Shown piece after piece: positions 40,472-49,280 of a stretch of 64,000 bases of DNA. Positions within the stretch are counted from its first letter, which is position 1, and each line of letters starts with the position of its first letter. Location of the stretch: assembly GCA_963778755.1 (NCBI GenBank), contig CAVZVJ010000004.1, positions 148,805-212,804 of the forward strand, read 5' to 3'. The position numbers and the translations under genes are program-made. Source of the DNA: an uncultured Acidobacteriota bacterium (GTDB lineage: Bacteria; Actinomycetota; Acidimicrobiia; Spongiisociales; ZC4RG35). The notes under the pieces are model-generated. The model was given only the letters and a program-made list of their open reading frames with translations. It searched no databases and was not told where the DNA came from.

Positions 40472-40919
40472 TTGGGTCCGCGGCCAGAGCCTGCGCGAGT
40501 CGATCGACCCAGTCCTGCACCGTCGACTCGGCAAATCGGCGAAGGGCGACACGGTCGATCGCCTTGCCCAAAGGCCCCATCGGGGGCTCGTAAGTTCCTT
40601 CGAAGCTGATTCGGGTTCCAATCGAGCCGGCGTGAGAAAGGACCAGATCCGCCGTCATCGTCGGGAACAGGGAACTCGCCCCGGTGGCGACCCACGTGAT
40701 CGGATAGACAAGCCCCTTGCGTTGAACCTCGTGGGGGCCGATCTCCAACCTGACCTCCTTGGCAAGCCCGTCGCCGCGGGGGCCGACTCGAGTCCGCAGC
40801 GACTCCCCCTCCCGATACGCGATGCCCGCCCACTCGTAGAGGTCGGCGTTCAGAGCGTCGAGACGTTGTTCAACAGTCCCCAGCGGGACATGTACGAAAG
40901 CGGCGTAGTGGACGAACAT
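40464..40919 (-). CDS. Hypothetical protein (possible SRPBCC-like fold)
   Basis: 151 aa; YEPPMGPLGKAIDR; cotranscribed with the CBS and PNPOx-like genes. Confidence 0.65.
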   Translation of the reverse strand: MFVHYAAFVHVPLGTVEQRLDALNADLYEWAGIAYREGESLRTRVGPRGDGLAKEVRLEIGPHEVQRKGLVYPITWVATGASSLFPTMTADLVLSHAGSIGTRISFEGTYEPPMGPLGKAIDRVALRRFAESTVQDWVDRLAQALAADPIS

Positions 40920-41381
40920 TTACAGACGACCAGGCCGGGTACGGATTGACAGCCCGCGTCCCGACACCATGCCGGTGATCTCGTCGATCGATACCTCCAC
41001 GACGTGAGGAAAGCTCGCCATCGCCTGAAATCCGCTGCTGCTCAACGGGGAGCCCATGTACTTCACGTACTTGTCATAAAGCATCTCAACGGTGTGGGTG
41101 GTGGTCGTCGGATCGGTCCGCTCCACAGCCGTTCCCTTGACGATGACACTGATCCAGTCGCCGGTCTCCTCATCGAATCGACAGGCCTCAATCGAGACCC
41201 TGGGGTTTGCGATCAGGGCTTCAAACCGCTTACCGGGTTTGGTTCGGAACAGGACCCGATTTCCATCGACGACGAACGACACCGGGCTCACGTAAGGATC
41301 GCCGTTGGAGACGACACCAATGTGGGCCACCATCGCTCCGGAGAAGAATTGCCGGGCCTCTGCTTCAGTGATCGAGTCCAC
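40920..41381 (-). CDS. Pyridoxamine 5'-phosphate oxidase family protein
   Basis: PYVSPVSF, FRTKPGK, WISVIVKG. Confidence 0.85.
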   Translation of the reverse strand: MDSITEAEARQFFSGAMVAHIGVVSNGDPYVSPVSFVVDGNRVLFRTKPGKRFEALIANPRVSIEACRFDEETGDWISVIVKGTAVERTDPTTTTHTVEMLYDKYVKYMGSPLSSSGFQAMASFPHVVEVSIDEITGMVSGRGLSIRTRPGRL

Positions 41382-41384
41382 GGG

Positions 41385-41765
41385 TCAGACCGTGGTCGGC
41401 TCGGTCATCGCCCACAGGACGTCTTTGATCGAGATCATGCCGAGGATGAAGGTTCCGTCGACCACGGGGATGTGCCTGTAACCGCTGGCAAGCATCCACT
41501 CCGCAGCCTCCGCCACTGGCATGTCCGGGTCGATCGAGTCCGGGTACGCGGTCATCCACTCATCCACTTTTGCCACGTCGAGGTCGGCGCCATCTGCGAC
41601 TGCGTCGAGGACGTCACGCTCGGTAAGGATTCCCTCGAGCGCTCCATCGACCTCAACGGCCACAGAGCCCACGCCGTTGCTCTTCATGCTGACTGCGGCG
41701 CTGCGCACTGGGGCGTCGGGCGCCACCCAGATGACCTCGCCACCTACCAACTCACGGACTGTCAT
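41385..41765 (-). CDS. CBS domain protein (Hrp1-like)
   Basis: GILTERD, WMT, RHIPVVD, GMISIKD. Confidence 0.9.
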   Translation of the reverse strand: MTVRELVGGEVIWVAPDAPVRSAAVSMKSNGVGSVAVEVDGALEGILTERDVLDAVADGADLDVAKVDEWMTAYPDSIDPDMPVAEAAEWMLASGYRHIPVVDGTFILGMISIKDVLWAMTEPTTV

Positions 41766-41819
41766 CAGCTCCCTTTCGTCTGCTCCCAGTCATCATCGGC
41801 CGGATAGGGCAGAAGCGGG

Positions 41820-41859
41820 GAGCGGCTTTGGTCCCAAGTTGAAGGGACCTATGCGCCTA
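41820..41859. promoter_or_regulatory. Two tandem DosR-box-like sites
   Basis: GAGCGGCTTTGGTCCCAA (41820-37) and AAGGGACCTATGCGCCTA (41842-59) resemble the GGGAC-N4-GTCCC Dos box; 22-bp spacing. Confidence 0.55.
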
Positions 41860-41892
41860 GGGCGACACACCAGCCCTTCTTACGTTGGCCGG

Positions 41893-43269
41893 ATGACGCC
41901 ACGATTTCAACAACCCGAAGACCCGTCGACCAAAATGGTCCTCGACCGCCTGCTGATCCTGGTGGCCGTGATGGGGGCGGCCTTCGCGATCATGGCGGCC
42001 GTGGTCGCCATTCGGGGTGGGGACACGGCGACCGCGGCCTCAACCGATGGCCAGCAGACAGGTGAACTGAGTCTCAGCGAGTTTTCGATCGATGGCGACC
42101 TCGAATTTGCACCGGGCAACTTGGTTCTGCAGGTGTCGAACGACGGGTCACAGGCGCACAACCTGACAGTTGAGGGAGGCACGGCCACGCCGAATATCAA
42201 CGCGGGTGAATCCGCCACTCTCGATGTGGGGGATCTGAGCGAAGGGTCCCACGTGGTCTTCTGCTCGATCCCGGGCCATCGCGAGGCCGGGATGGAGGCC
42301 ACCTTGGTGGTCGGCAACGGGGCCATGCCAGGAGAGCATGACGGCACCGAGGGCACCGCCGCCGATTGGGCGGCGCTGGATCAGGCGATGACCGATTCAA
42401 TGCTGGCGTTCCCGGCCGCCACCGAGGGAAAAGGGAATCAGCTCCTCGAACCAAAGATTCTCGCCGACGGGACCAAGGAGTTTCATCTCACGGCAGCCAT
42501 CACCAAGTGGGAGGTGGCTCCGGGGAAAGTGGTCGATGCCTGGACCTACAACGGCATGGTGCCCGCGCCGATGATCAGGGTCGATGTTGGTGATCGGGTG
42601 AGGGTTGTCCTCGACAACCAACTCCCGATGGGGACCGACATCCACTGGCATGGAGTCAAGGTTCCCAACGACATGGACGGGGTATCTCCCCTCACCCAGC
42701 CCCTGGTCAAGTCCGGGGAGACCTTTGTCTACGAATTCGTCGCCAGAGAGCCGGCGATCGCGATGTACCACGCCCACCATCACGCCCAGATGCAGGTTCC
42801 GAACGGATTGTTTGGCACTTTCATCGTTGGGGAGACTCCGGTCCCAAGGGGTGAGACCGTTTCTGGGGTCGAGATTCCCGCAGACCTCGAGATCGCCCAG
42901 GAGATCCCGATGGTGCTCAACGACGCCGGGGTGATCGGGCTCAGTCTCAACGCGAAGTCCTTTCCCGCCACTGAGCCATACACAGGAAAGGTCGGGGACT
43001 GGATCGTCGTGCACTACTTCAACGAGGGCATGCAGATACACCCGATGCATCAACACCAGTTCCCACAACTGGTGTTTGCGAAGGACGGGATCCCTCTCGA
43101 TCACCCCTACTGGGCCGACACGGTGGCGATTGCCCCAGGAGAGCGCTACTCGGTCTTGTTCCAGCTTTCCGACCCCGGGGTCTGGGTCTGGCATTGCCAC
43201 ATCCTCAACCATGTCGAAAGCGATGCCGGGATGTTCGGAATGGTCACCGTGTGGATCGTCGAGGAGTGA
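41893..43269 (+). CDS. Membrane-anchored two-domain multicopper oxidase with an extra N-terminal cupredoxin
   Basis: TM; HNL..CSIPGHREAGM; IHWHG, YHAH; HPMHQH, WHCHILNH..M. Confidence 0.85.
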   Translation: MTPRFQQPEDPSTKMVLDRLLILVAVMGAAFAIMAAVVAIRGGDTATAASTDGQQTGELSLSEFSIDGDLEFAPGNLVLQVSNDGSQAHNLTVEGGTATPNINAGESATLDVGDLSEGSHVVFCSIPGHREAGMEATLVVGNGAMPGEHDGTEGTAADWAALDQAMTDSMLAFPAATEGKGNQLLEPKILADGTKEFHLTAAITKWEVAPGKVVDAWTYNGMVPAPMIRVDVGDRVRVVLDNQLPMGTDIHWHGVKVPNDMDGVSPLTQPLVKSGETFVYEFVAREPAIAMYHAHHHAQMQVPNGLFGTFIVGETPVPRGETVSGVEIPADLEIAQEIPMVLNDAGVIGLSLNAKSFPATEPYTGKVGDWIVVHYFNEGMQIHPMHQHQFPQLVFAKDGIPLDHPYWADTVAIAPGERYSVLFQLSDPGVWVWHCHILNHVESDAGMFGMVTVWIVEE

Positions 43270-43288
43270 TCGCTACCTTTCGTAGCCG

Positions 43289-44029
43289 ATGTTCACCAAC
43301 CTCTATCCGGAGACCGGAGTCGTGGACGACCTCCTGGGCCTGGTCCTCGGGTCTGACCGCGCCATCACTGGACGTCCCTGGGTTTTGGTGAACATGGTGG
43401 CTTCCATTGACGGAGCCACAACGGTCGAAGGCCGGTCTCGCGGGCTCGGAGACGACGATGACCTCGCAATGTTCAAGGCCCTCAGGGCAGTTCCCGACGT
43501 CATCCTGGTCGGTGCGGGGACGGCGCGGGCCGACAACTACGGGCCGATCCGTCTCGACGACGAGCGGGTGGCGCGACGTCGGGAGGTGGGCAAGCATGAC
43601 CTGCCGAGGCTTGCGATCATGAGTGGCCATCTCAATCTCGATCCCGCGGCCAGGCTGTTTTCGAATCCGGATATGCTCCCAATCATCCTGACGGGGGCTG
43701 GCGCAGACCCCGAACGTCTACAAGCCCTTGAACCATTGGCCGAGGTGGTCGTGCTCGAGGATCTGAATGTGCAGGCGGTGTTGGATCACTTCAAATCCGG
43801 CATCATTCTCTGCGAGGGAGGGCCCGGTCTCAACTCACAATTGGCGGCAGCCGGCGTGATTGACGAGTTGAACCTGACCATTGCGCCTCTGATCGTGGGA
43901 GGGGGGTCGAAGCGAATTGTTCAAGGGATGCCGACCGACGCAGCGGTGCACATGGATCTCGACCGGATTGTGCTCGGCGATCACTCTCTATTCTTCCGCT
44001 ACCTAGCAGCAGGGACAGGTGGGACATGA
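43289..44029 (+). CDS. RibD C-terminal/pyrimidine reductase family protein
   Basis: NMVASIDG, VILVGAGT, LCEGGPGL, IDELNLTIAP. Confidence 0.9.
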   Translation: MFTNLYPETGVVDDLLGLVLGSDRAITGRPWVLVNMVASIDGATTVEGRSRGLGDDDDLAMFKALRAVPDVILVGAGTARADNYGPIRLDDERVARRREVGKHDLPRLAIMSGHLNLDPAARLFSNPDMLPIILTGAGADPERLQALEPLAEVVVLEDLNVQAVLDHFKSGIILCEGGPGLNSQLAAAGVIDELNLTIAPLIVGGGSKRIVQGMPTDAAVHMDLDRIVLGDHSLFFRYLAAGTGGT

Positions 44030-46019
44030 GTACGGCCAGCGACGTCATCCAACGGATCGCCCGGTGGATCAACCCGGTCATCGGGTCGCCAGCGGGACCC
44101 CTCGAGACCACCGTGTTCGTCGACTCGTTCGGCCCGTCGCTGATGCCCAGGACCTCGGTTCACCAGGGGGTGGCCACGGGGCTCAGTGTCCTCGCCGCGC
44201 GCGGGCCGTCACCAAGGTCGCTGATGTGCCGTTCGCAGTCATGGTCCCCGACGACGCCGGCTTGACGCGTCGCCTGGCGATGCGTGGCGTGATGGGTGGA
44301 ATCGGAGAAAGCCTGGCGGGCATTCCCGAAGTCGAAGGCGAAACCATGTGGCGCTCGGGCACCCGTACCTCGGGGCGCCTGATTCGGGCAGCGGCGATAG
44401 GTGGTGCCATCTACGACGCCGGCATCTGGTTACGCGATCGAAACCAGTCGCGGCCGGCACTGACACCGGTATTGGTTACTGCCGCGACTGCTGGTGGCGT
44501 CCTGTATTGGGCCCAACGCCGGCTGGCGATCAGAGAGTCCGAAGTCGGGAAATGGCCCATTCCCCAGACCGAGACCATTCCGACGGCCCTGGGTACCGCC
44601 GTAGTGGTCACCGCTGCCGGATCCGCGATTTCACGGGGATTTCGAATGAGCCGGGACGGTTGGATCAACTATCTCGGCCCGGGATGGTCGAAGAACGTCA
44701 TGGCCCGAGTGCTCAACGCCGCTATCTGGACTGGAGGAGCGGTTGCGTTGTACAACGCCGGAGTTGGCTACCTCACCAAGTCAAACGACAAGGTGGAGCC
44801 TGGCTACTCCACCGCTCCGACGGCGCCCGAAGTCTCGGGGAGCCCAGAGAGCGTCTCCACTTTCGAGGAGTTGGGGCTGCAGGGGCGCCGTTACGTCGTG
44901 GATGTGCTCACTCCGGAGGTGATCGAGGAGACTCTCGGTGAGCCGGCCAAGGCGCAGCCGATACGGACCTTCATCGGCTTCAACACCGAGCCCCTCTACT
45001 CGACGGGCCGGGCCGAACTTGCACTCGAGGAGCTCGATCGGACGGGTGCATTCGATCGGTCGTTCCTGTTGCTGGTGTCTCCCACAGGGACCGGATGGGT
45101 TGACCACACCATGATCGAGGCGGCGGAGCTCTTGACCAGGGGTGACATCGCCACCTGCTGCATCCAATACGGCCGGTCGCCGTCCTTTCTTGCCGTTCAG
45201 AAAGTCGCCCTGGGAAGGGCCCAGTTCCGGCTGTTGCTGTGGGGTATCCAAGAGCGCCTTCGTGAACGACCGCCCGAGAAGCGGCCCAAGGTCTTGGTGT
45301 TTGGCGAGAGCCTGGGGGCCTGGACCTCCTCGGACGTTGTCATGCACCAGGGGATCTCCGGGTTCGATCACTATGGGATCGACCGTGCCCTTTGGTTCGG
45401 TCTGCCATGGCTGGCCAAGTGGTCCCGATCGGGGATGGCGCGAGGAGCCTCCGACACCGTTCCCGCGGGCACGGTCGGCGTCTTCGACCGACATGAGCAA
45501 TTTGCGGCGTTGACTGACGAGGAACGTGATCGGATGCGGGCAGTGATGCTGTCCCATGACAACGACCCGATCGCCCGGTTCGGCCCTGACATGTTGGTTC
45601 GCAAGCCGGAGTGGGTCGATGAGGAAGGCCTGCGCGGGGTGGCCCCGTCCATCGAGTGGATCCCGCTCGTTACGTTTTGCCAGACTGCCCTGGACGTGGC
45701 AAATGCCATGGTCACTGTTCCCGGGGTGTTCGAGTCGTTCGGTCATGACTACCGCGCCGACACAGCCCGCTTCGTTCGAGACGCCTACCACCTGCCTTCC
45801 GTCACCGAGGAGCAGATGGAGCGGATCGAGGCCGCTCTTCGTTCGCTCGAGCTGGAACGGTCCGAGCGGATCAAGGCAGCCAACACCGCGGCCGCGCCTC
45901 CCGCCCCGGCCGAGCGTGAGGACGGTGGGCGCGCGGTGAGTGCCGGTGTCCCCCTGAGGACGGGACAGACCAAGGGGGCCAACTGGCGAAGGAGCTTGCG
46001 AGGACGACGCCACACCTGA
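44026..46019 (+). CDS. Membrane alpha/beta hydrolase family protein (Abhydrolase_9-like); frameshift near 44200
   Basis: PTGTGWV, QYGRSPSF, VFGESLGA nucleophile, HDNDPI, FGHDY. Confidence 0.8.
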
Positions 46020-46063
46020 GTTTCAGGTGTGGGAGAGGACGGCGCTCGGTAACCTCGCGCTCG

Positions 46064-47348
46064 ATGGGAAAGCACGCCGAGCTCTACGAGAGACACCAAA
46101 AGGTTCTGCCCGGTTGGGCGCCCCTCTATTACCAGCAGCCGATCTCGATCGTCGATGGTGACGGGCGGCATGTCAGTCGACGCCGAGGGCAACCGATACC
46201 TCGACTTTTTTGGAGGGATCCTGGTCACCATGACGGGATACCGGGTCCCGGAAGTGATCGAGGCCATCAAACGCCAGGCCGATCGGATGCTGCACACTTC
46301 GACCCTTTACCTGATCGAATCCCAGATAGAGCTTGCCGAAAAGGTCGCCGAGCTTTCGGGGATCCCCGACGCAAAGGTCTTCTTCACCAACTCCGGCACC
46401 GAGGCCAACGATGCGGCCCTCATGCTGGCGACCACTTACCGCAAGTCCAACCAGGTGTTGGCGATCCGAGGCAGCTACCACGGGAAGTCGCACTCGACTA
46501 TTGCCATCACAGGGCTGAAGGCGTGGTCGGGGACCAGTTTCTCCCCGTTCCAGGTGACCTATGTGCACGGTGGCTACAAGCTGCGCAGCCCATTCGGGCA
46601 CCTCTCCGACGCCGACTTCATCGCTGCTTGCGTCGCCGATCTCGAGGATCTGCTCCGGGTGGCCAGCGCCGGCGAGCCTGCGGCGATGATCGCCGAGCCG
46701 ATTCAGGGTGTCGGCGGCTTTGTAACCCCTCCCGACGGGTTCTTTGGGGCCATGAAAGAAGTGCTCGACGCCCATGGAATCCTGTTCATCTCCGACGAGG
46801 TACAGACGGGTTGGGGACGGACAGGCGAGCATTTCTGGGGCTATCAGGCGCACGGGATCACTCCGGATCTACTCACCTTCGCCAAGGGACTGGGCAATGG
46901 ACTGAGCATCGGCGGCGTGGTGGCGCCGGCCGAGATCATGGAGGCCTATCCGGCGCTTGGGATCTCGACGTTCGGAGGGAACCCTTTGGCGACGGCAGGC
47001 GCTCTCGCCAACCTGGAAGTCCTTCTCGGCCAGGACATGCAGACCAACGCTCTGAAAGTGGGGAATCGGCTGATGCAGAACCTGATCCCACTCTCCGAGG
47101 AGTTGGAGGTGATCGGTGAGGTCAGGGGCAAGGGTCTCATGATCGGGCTCGAGCTGGTGGGACCCAATGGGGAGCCGGCGCCGGAGAAGGCGGCGGCCGC
47201 CCTCGAGGCGGCCCGCGAGGAGGGCCTGCTCATCGGTAAGGGCGGGCTTTATGGGAACTCGTTGCGAATCGCCCCTGCCCTTTCACTGACTGAGGAAGAG
47301 GCGGACGAGGGGTTTGAGCGTCTGGAAAGGGCCCTGAGACGGATCTAG
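46064..47348 (+). CDS. Class III aminotransferase (AGXT2/beta-alanine type); frameshift near 46175
   Basis: YYQQPISIV then YLDFFGG, NSGTEAND, DEVQTGWGRTG, TFAKGLGNG. Confidence 0.88.
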
Positions 47349-47357
47349 CCGTCCCAG

Positions 47358-47500
47358 GTTGTCCCCCCTTTCAAGGGGGGACCGGCGCAGCCACTGGCTG
47401 CGCCGATGGGGGGTTTGATGGTTGTCAGGTGCTGCGGGTTAGCCCCCCTCGCCCAACCCCTTGGGGGTCGGGCGGTCCCTCCGCTCCGCAGGGGGACAAC
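47358..47500. repeat. REPIN-like element copy C (full), overlapping the DUF559 3' end
   Basis: GTTGTCCCCCCTTTCAAGGGGGGACCGGCGCAGCCACTGGCTGCGCCGATGGGGGG...CCCCCCTCGCCC..GGGCGGTCCCTCCGCTCCGCAGGGGGACAAC. Confidence 0.88.
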
Positions 47501-47829
47501 GCGTCCGCAGACAGTCGGCTATCACGGCGAGGACCCCTTCCAGGTTCTCGACAACATCCCATGCCCAGACCCGGAGAACCACCCACCCTCGTGACTTCAT
47601 GTAACGGTCGCGATCCGTGTGAGCGCGAGTTCCGGTGTTGAGATCCGTCGACCTCAACTACGACCCTGTGACTCGGGGCGAAGTCTGCGATGTATGGACC
47701 GATGGGTTGTTGTCTTCGGAATCTGACTCCGAGCCGGTTGTGGCGCAGGTGGCTCCAAACCAGACGCTCGGCGTCGCTCATCGACTGACGATTGACCCTC
47801 GCGTATCGAACCAGCCTGCGGTCTCTCAC
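47439..47829 (-). CDS. DUF559 (Vsr-like) endonuclease; frameshift near 47625
   Basis: SDAERLVWSHLR..GVRFRRQQPIGPYIADF..VVVEVDGSQH, then DRDRYMKSRGWVVLRVW..V..NLEGVLAVI; stop lies inside repeat C. Confidence 0.85.
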
Positions 47830-47967
47830 ACGGGGACTGTGGCTCGGGCGGTGGTGGAGGCAATGGGGGTGTTCCCCCAGGGGGTGATCCCCCTGCAACT
47901 CCTACCCGGATCACAGCACCATTGGGGGCATGAGCAAACAACCACGAATCGCGAAGCGCGGTGTGTC

Positions 47968-48180
47968 ATGAACCTCGCAGTCGGCATTCCCTGTCCTGGA
48001 TGTGGTCACGACGTGGCGAACCTTCTCGAGTTCGTCAAGGACGACTCCCAGGTCCTGGTTGCCCATCGTCTTCAGTGTGTGCGGTGTGAGACCGTCTACT
48101 TGGAGGCGAGGGAGCCGGCCGATTATGAGGAAGACTTTCGTTTGGAGTTGGTCCTCGACGAGGCCATCACGCGGAGCTAG
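47968..48180 (+). CDS. Small zinc-ribbon protein (70 aa)
   Basis: CPGC...CVRC pairs and an acidic tail. Confidence 0.6.
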   Translation: MNLAVGIPCPGCGHDVANLLEFVKDDSQVLVAHRLQCVRCETVYLEAREPADYEEDFRLELVLDEAITRS

Positions 48181-48185
48181 CCGGA

Positions 48186-48221
48186 GACCGACGCAGCCAC
48201 TGGCTGCGTCGATGCGGGGTT
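48186..48221. repeat. REPIN-like element fragment D
   Basis: GACCGACGCAGCCACTGGCTGCGTCGATGCGGGGTT; hairpin identical to copy E. Confidence 0.8.
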
Positions 48222-48225
48222 GGCC

Positions 48226-49176
48226 CTAGAGCAGCGCCTGCAAGTCGATGTCGCAGCTGGGGTGACGCAGCTTGGCCAGGCCCCTCGCCTCGATCTGACG
48301 GACCCGCTCCCGCGTGGAGTTGATGACCTTGCCCACATCCGAGAGCGTCCACGGCTCGTCACCGTCCAGACCGAAACGGAGCCAGAGCACCTGCTGCTCT
48401 TCGAGATCAAGGATCTGCAACGCTTTGATCAGCCGCTCCCGTCGCCACGCCGAAGCCGCGCGGTCCTCGGGGTTGGCCGCACCGGTGTCCTCGACAAAAT
48501 CCTGAAGCGAGGCGTCTCCGTCCTCGCCGACCGGACGGTCCAACGAAACCGTCTCCGCAGGTGCCTCCAGCGCCGCCAGCACTCGCTCGGTGTCCAGACC
48601 GGACGCCTCCGAAATCTCCTCGAGGGTGGGGGCTCGGTGGTATTTGTCGTGCAGGCTCTGCTTGGTGTCCTGGACAGTTCGCACCACGTCGACCATGTGA
48701 ACCGGGAGTCGGATCGTCCGCCCGTTGTTGCCGAGCCCGCGGGTGATCGCTTGTCGGATCCACCAGGTGGCGTAGGTGGAGAACTTGAATCCCTTGCGCC
48801 AGTCGAACTTTTCCACAGCTCGGATCAGCCCCAGGTTGCCCTCCTGGATCAGGTCGAGGAGATCGAGGCCTCGGCCCGTGTAACGCTTGGCGATCGAGAT
48901 GACCAACCGCAAATTGGAGCGGATGAAGGTCATCTTTGCCTCTTCGCCCTCGGCGATGAGACGCATCAGTTGCGGGCGTTCCGCAGCCTGGAAATCTCCC
49001 GTTTCGAGCAGGGATTTTGCCTTCTTGCCCCGCTCCATCGAACGGGCCAGATGGACCTCGTCCTCAGCCGTCAGGAGGAGGTGGGCAGATACTTCATCCA
49101 GATATAGGCCAACGGTGTCACCGGGGCCTGAGCCCCGCTCCGGTCTCGCATCACTGGCCCTGATGGGCTTCCCCAA
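48226..49176 (-). CDS. RNA polymerase sigma-70 factor, group 2 (SigB/HrdD-like)
   Basis: NLRLVISIAKRY, DLIQEGNLGLIRAVEKFD, FSTYATWWIRQAITR, TRERVRQIE; no long region 1.1. Confidence 0.92.
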   Translation of the reverse strand: MGKPIRASDARPERGSGPGDTVGLYLDEVSAHLLLTAEDEVHLARSMERGKKAKSLLETGDFQAAERPQLMRLIAEGEEAKMTFIRSNLRLVISIAKRYTGRGLDLLDLIQEGNLGLIRAVEKFDWRKGFKFSTYATWWIRQAITRGLGNNGRTIRLPVHMVDVVRTVQDTKQSLHDKYHRAPTLEEISEASGLDTERVLAALEAPAETVSLDRPVGEDGDASLQDFVEDTGAANPEDRAASAWRRERLIKALQILDLEEQQVLWLRFGLDGDEPWTLSDVGKVINSTRERVRQIEARGLAKLRHPSCDIDLQALL

Positions 49177-49280
49177 TCTGACCTCCTCAACAACCCCTGT
49201 TGAAAACTAACCCTCCTGGCTGAATCTGGCAAACCAAAATCGCGGCTTACCGATTTGCCCTGGGTAACCTTGATTTCTCA

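Noticed and set aside
41893-43269. Calling the MCO a copper nitrite reductase (nirK)
   Set aside because: Domain 1 lacks the His-Cys type 1 motif of NirK; the HCH motif is in domain 2.
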